A DNA stretch of 63,935 bases, the filler included, from Octopus bimaculoides (lineage: Eukaryota): the NCBI RefSeq assembly GCF_001194135.2. It is 8 parts of 8 records of this genome, joined end to end, with 100 filler letters (N's around TTAATTAATTAA, not from the genome) between each part and the next. Parts side by side here need not be neighbours in the genome. Positions count along the whole stretch, not along the records: positions 60,842 to 62,786 come from NW_026424494.1; positions 62,887 to 63,935 come from NW_026372641.1; 6 more parts are not named here. One strand, given 5' to 3'. The position numbers and the translations under genes are program-made. Below, piece after piece: positions 60,841 through 63,935 of this stretch. The notes beneath the pieces were generated by a model. It worked only from the letters and a program-made list of their open reading frames with translations. It was not told the DNA's origin and did no database searches. The stretch's first letter is position 1, and the number at the start of each line of letters is the position of its first letter.

Positions 60841-62295
60841 NAAAGCCAGACATACAAATATTTAGGAATCAATGAACTAGATAGGATACACAAATGAAAG
60901 AGAAAATAGAGAAAGAATACTATAGACGAGTTAGGTCAATATTGAAAACAGAGCTCAATGCTAAAAATAAGATAATAGGTATTAACACTTTAGCCGTCGC
61001 AGTTATAAGTTACAGCTACAATATCCTTAACTGGACACTAAACGAATTATCTAAAATAGACAGGAAAACAAGAAAAGTAATGACAGGATCTAGGATGCAC
61101 CACTCAAAATCTGATATAGAAAGGCTATATATACAACGTACAGAAGGTGGTAGGAGTCTTATACAGCTGGAAAACAATTATAAAATAACCACCATAGGAC
61201 TGCAAAAATACCTACTTCAGAAGCAAGGAAAACTAATACAAATAGTCACAAAACACGAGCAAAACAAAAAACTGTTTTCAGTATTTAAGGAAGCTGACAA
61301 ATACAAACAAGAAATCATACTACCTAACAAATACGAAGAAGAAGAAGAAACAACAAAAGCTATAAAACAAATGAAATCCAAACTAAAACTAGAACAGCAA
61401 CGGACCATGATAAAAGGATGGCAAAAAAAGCCCTACAGGGTAAATACTGGGCTAAACTAAATGCAAAAGAAATAGACAGAGAAAAATCCCAGCAATGGTT
61501 GAGAAGCTCAGGACTCAAAGTAGAGACTGAAGGATTTTTAATTGCTGCACAAGACCAAAGCCTCCCCACCAGAAATTACCAAAAACATATAATGAAAAGA
61601 AACATAACAAGTAACTGTAGAATATATGGAGATGGACAAGAAACAATGAATCATATTATCTCTGGCTGCCCAGTCCTGGCTAAGAAGGAATATATTCACA
61701 GACACGACAGGGCTGGGACNNNNNNNNNNNNNNNNNNNNNNNNNNNNNNNNNNNNNNNNNNNNNNNNNNNNNNNNNNNNNNNNNNNNNNNNNNNNNNNNN
61801 NNNNNNNNNNNNNNNNNNNNNNNNNNNNNNNNNNNNNNNNNNNNNNNNNNNNNNNNNNNNNNNNNNNNNNNNNNNNNNNNNNNNNNNNNNNNNNNNNNNN
61901 NNNNNNNNNNNNNNNNNNNNNNNNNNNNNNNNNNNNNNNNNNNNNNNNNNNNNNNNNNNNNNNNNNNNNNNNNNNNNNNNNNNNNNNNNNNNNNNNNNNN
62001 NNNNNNNNNNNNNNNNNNNNNNNNNNNNNNNNNNNNGTGCCTTAGGTATAATAAAAAAATATTCAGACAAATACATAACAAAAACACCAGGACTTACAAA
62101 TATATATAACATATAGAAAATTGCACTACTGGGCACTGCACACATCCTACGCAAAACACTTTCAATACAGTAACCATAAGAGCATCACAGCAAACCACAG
62201 CAGATACCCAAGGCACACAGAGCTGAGCTCGGTAGTGAAGTGAAAGCACGTTATAAAAATAAAACTACTGAACAATAATAATAATAATAATAATT
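60841..62295 (+). mobile_element. R4/Dong-like LINE, RT C-terminus to 3' end with (TAA)n
   Basis: YKYLGI, KEYYRRVRSILKTELNAKNK..ERLYIQRTEGGRSL, AAQDQSLPTRNY..CRIYG..ETMNHIISGCPVLAKKEYIHRHD (zinc knuckle), ALGIIKKY; the 3' UTR matches 52060-52170. Confidence 0.92.
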
Positions 62296-62786
62296 TGGCA
62301 GTGGCTCTCGTGGCTTCCGATCTTAACTTATTGGAAGTGTTATGATGTACATTGTTTTGTCTTGGTATAACAGATAGGCTACAGTAAATATTCAGCTTAA
62401 TGCCACAGATTTGCTTGTCAGTTGTTTGACCTTAACAAGTTGAGCATGCCCCTTAGTGGCTGACGATATGTGCATTTCTGATCACGAGCAGAAGTAATGG
62501 GGAAGCATCATAGCCATGTGTTGAGAGGAATTCTTTGGGGTTTGGATAATTTACCTCTGGAAACATGGGTGTTTCGTTCAACATTCTTTAACAACCATTA
62601 TTCAGGGATCTTTTGAGCGGGATGGACTGACTACTCGACCTGAAGAAAATTCTAACTGAGTCCCACCTGCAAGGTCATGAGCTGTTTATCTTGATATGAG
62701 ATCACTCTGTTGAGTCACATATGGTTGTGATGCATCTGCCTGGTGTACGCTTATCAGACGGATAGTCCTAATGAGTATACTGGGCT
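62296..62786. repeat. Unclassified interspersed repeat sharing the (TAA)n tract
   Basis: Non-coding block starting right after the (aat)n tail; resembles a repeat I recall from octopus assemblies. Confidence 0.35.
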
Positions 62787-62927
62787 NNNNNNNNNNNNNN
62801 NNNNNNNNNNNNNNNNNNNNNNNNNNNNNNTTAATTAATTAANNNNNNNNNNNNNNNNNNNNNNNNNNNNNNNNNNNNNNNNNNNNCCAATGGCAAAAAC
62901 TACAATAGCTTACATGAACATATAACT

Positions 62928-62958
<31 letters not shown>

Positions 62959-63772
62959 ATATATATAGTGTATAATAATATAAATTAATATCTACGAGAT
63001 GTGTGAATTATATTTGAATCACAATCCCGCACAACGATATTACACGGTTTTCTAATATATTATACATAAGTATTAGGATACCACACAACGGGATAGAATA
63101 TTTACACAGTAGTATGGTATTCTATAAAATATTATAGTATACTACATCAGGTTCGTTAACCGTACCGTTCAGAATGTTCCTCGGACCACAGCTGTTCTAC
63201 TTATTGCTCTGCTGCTTACCAGTCTACCACTTATTGTCATAGATTAGTACATACCACCATAGACTATTGTGCATTACTATAGTATACTACACAGCTCTAT
63301 AGTACACTACGCATTGCTACCGAATATTATGCAGTACTATGGTATCCTTAGTCGNNNNNNNNNNACTACGCATTGCTACCGAATATTATGCAGTACTATG
63401 GTATCCTTAGTCGAGACTATGGTTTACTACTGAATGTCATTGATTAGTATACACCACTATAAAACATTGTGGAGTTCTACAATTTACTACGCAACACTAT
63501 TGAACACTGTATAGTTTTACAGCAAACTGCACAACACTATAGAGTACTACATAAAACTTTAGATTTGTATACACCTCTATGGAATACTGCTCTATATAGT
63601 TCTATAGTATACATCACAACACTGTAGCGTACACCATAATACTATAGAGTACTATGTAATACTGTAGACTAGTACAAAGAACTCACATTGATATACAACA
63701 CAACAAAATACTATATATACAGTATGTGTATACTATATAATACGGAATATAATATAGTATACACATATAAGT

Positions 63773-63935
63773 GCAGGACTGGCTGCGTAGTAAGTAGCTT
63801 ATTTTCCAACCACATGGCTCGGGGTTCAGTCCCACCGCGTGGCACCTTGGGCAAGTAATTTCTATGATAGCCTCGGCCCGACCAAAGCCTTGTGAGTGGA
63901 TTTGGTAGACGGAAAATTATTGAAGCTCGTCGTAA
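63773..63935 (+). mobile_element. tRNA-derived SINE 5' part
   Basis: ggctgcgtagtaag..ggttcagtccc..gcaccttgggcaag..ccgaccaaagccttgtgagtggatttggtagacgga. Confidence 0.8.

Noticed and set aside
6767-62154. Long ORFs of 150-376 aa in the ORF track containing X runs or YI/HT/CV/poly-E/poly-C repeats
   Set aside because: Produced by N gaps and di- or trinucleotide microsatellites, not coding.
63305-63413. About 49-bp direct duplication around a 10-N gap
   Set aside because: Identical sequence on both sides of a minimal gap indicates an unmerged contig overlap.

Overview
Eukaryotic, AT-rich, gap-ridden scaffold dominated by (TA)n/(CA)n/trinucleotide microsatellites and decayed transposable elements. 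The SINE families and repeat style point to an octopod cephalopod; this is inferred from memory of those repeats, not from a search. Mobile DNA: three GIY-YIG Penelope-like elements (PLEs), one with a tail-outward inverted pLTR carrying hammerhead-ribozyme motifs; R4/Dong-type RLE LINEs; RTE LINEs; a Ty3/Gypsy RT-RNaseH-integrase relic; a near full-length Tc1-like element with DD36E spacing; maT (DD37D), mariner and hAT/Buster relics; several MITEs; many tRNA-derived SINEs. Host genes: a minus-strand spliced gene reconstructed from five phase-compatible exons (32681 to 27949, about 420 aa, central coiled-coil-like region, not recognised), plus a possible upstream exon separated from it by one in-frame TGA; and two exon-like segments of a second minus-strand gene (54419 to 53462) ending in CHWGDVYC-stop. 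No prokaryotic operon, CRISPR array, rRNA or bona fide tRNA gene is supported. Most long ORFs in the supplied track are artefacts of N-gaps and microsatellites.
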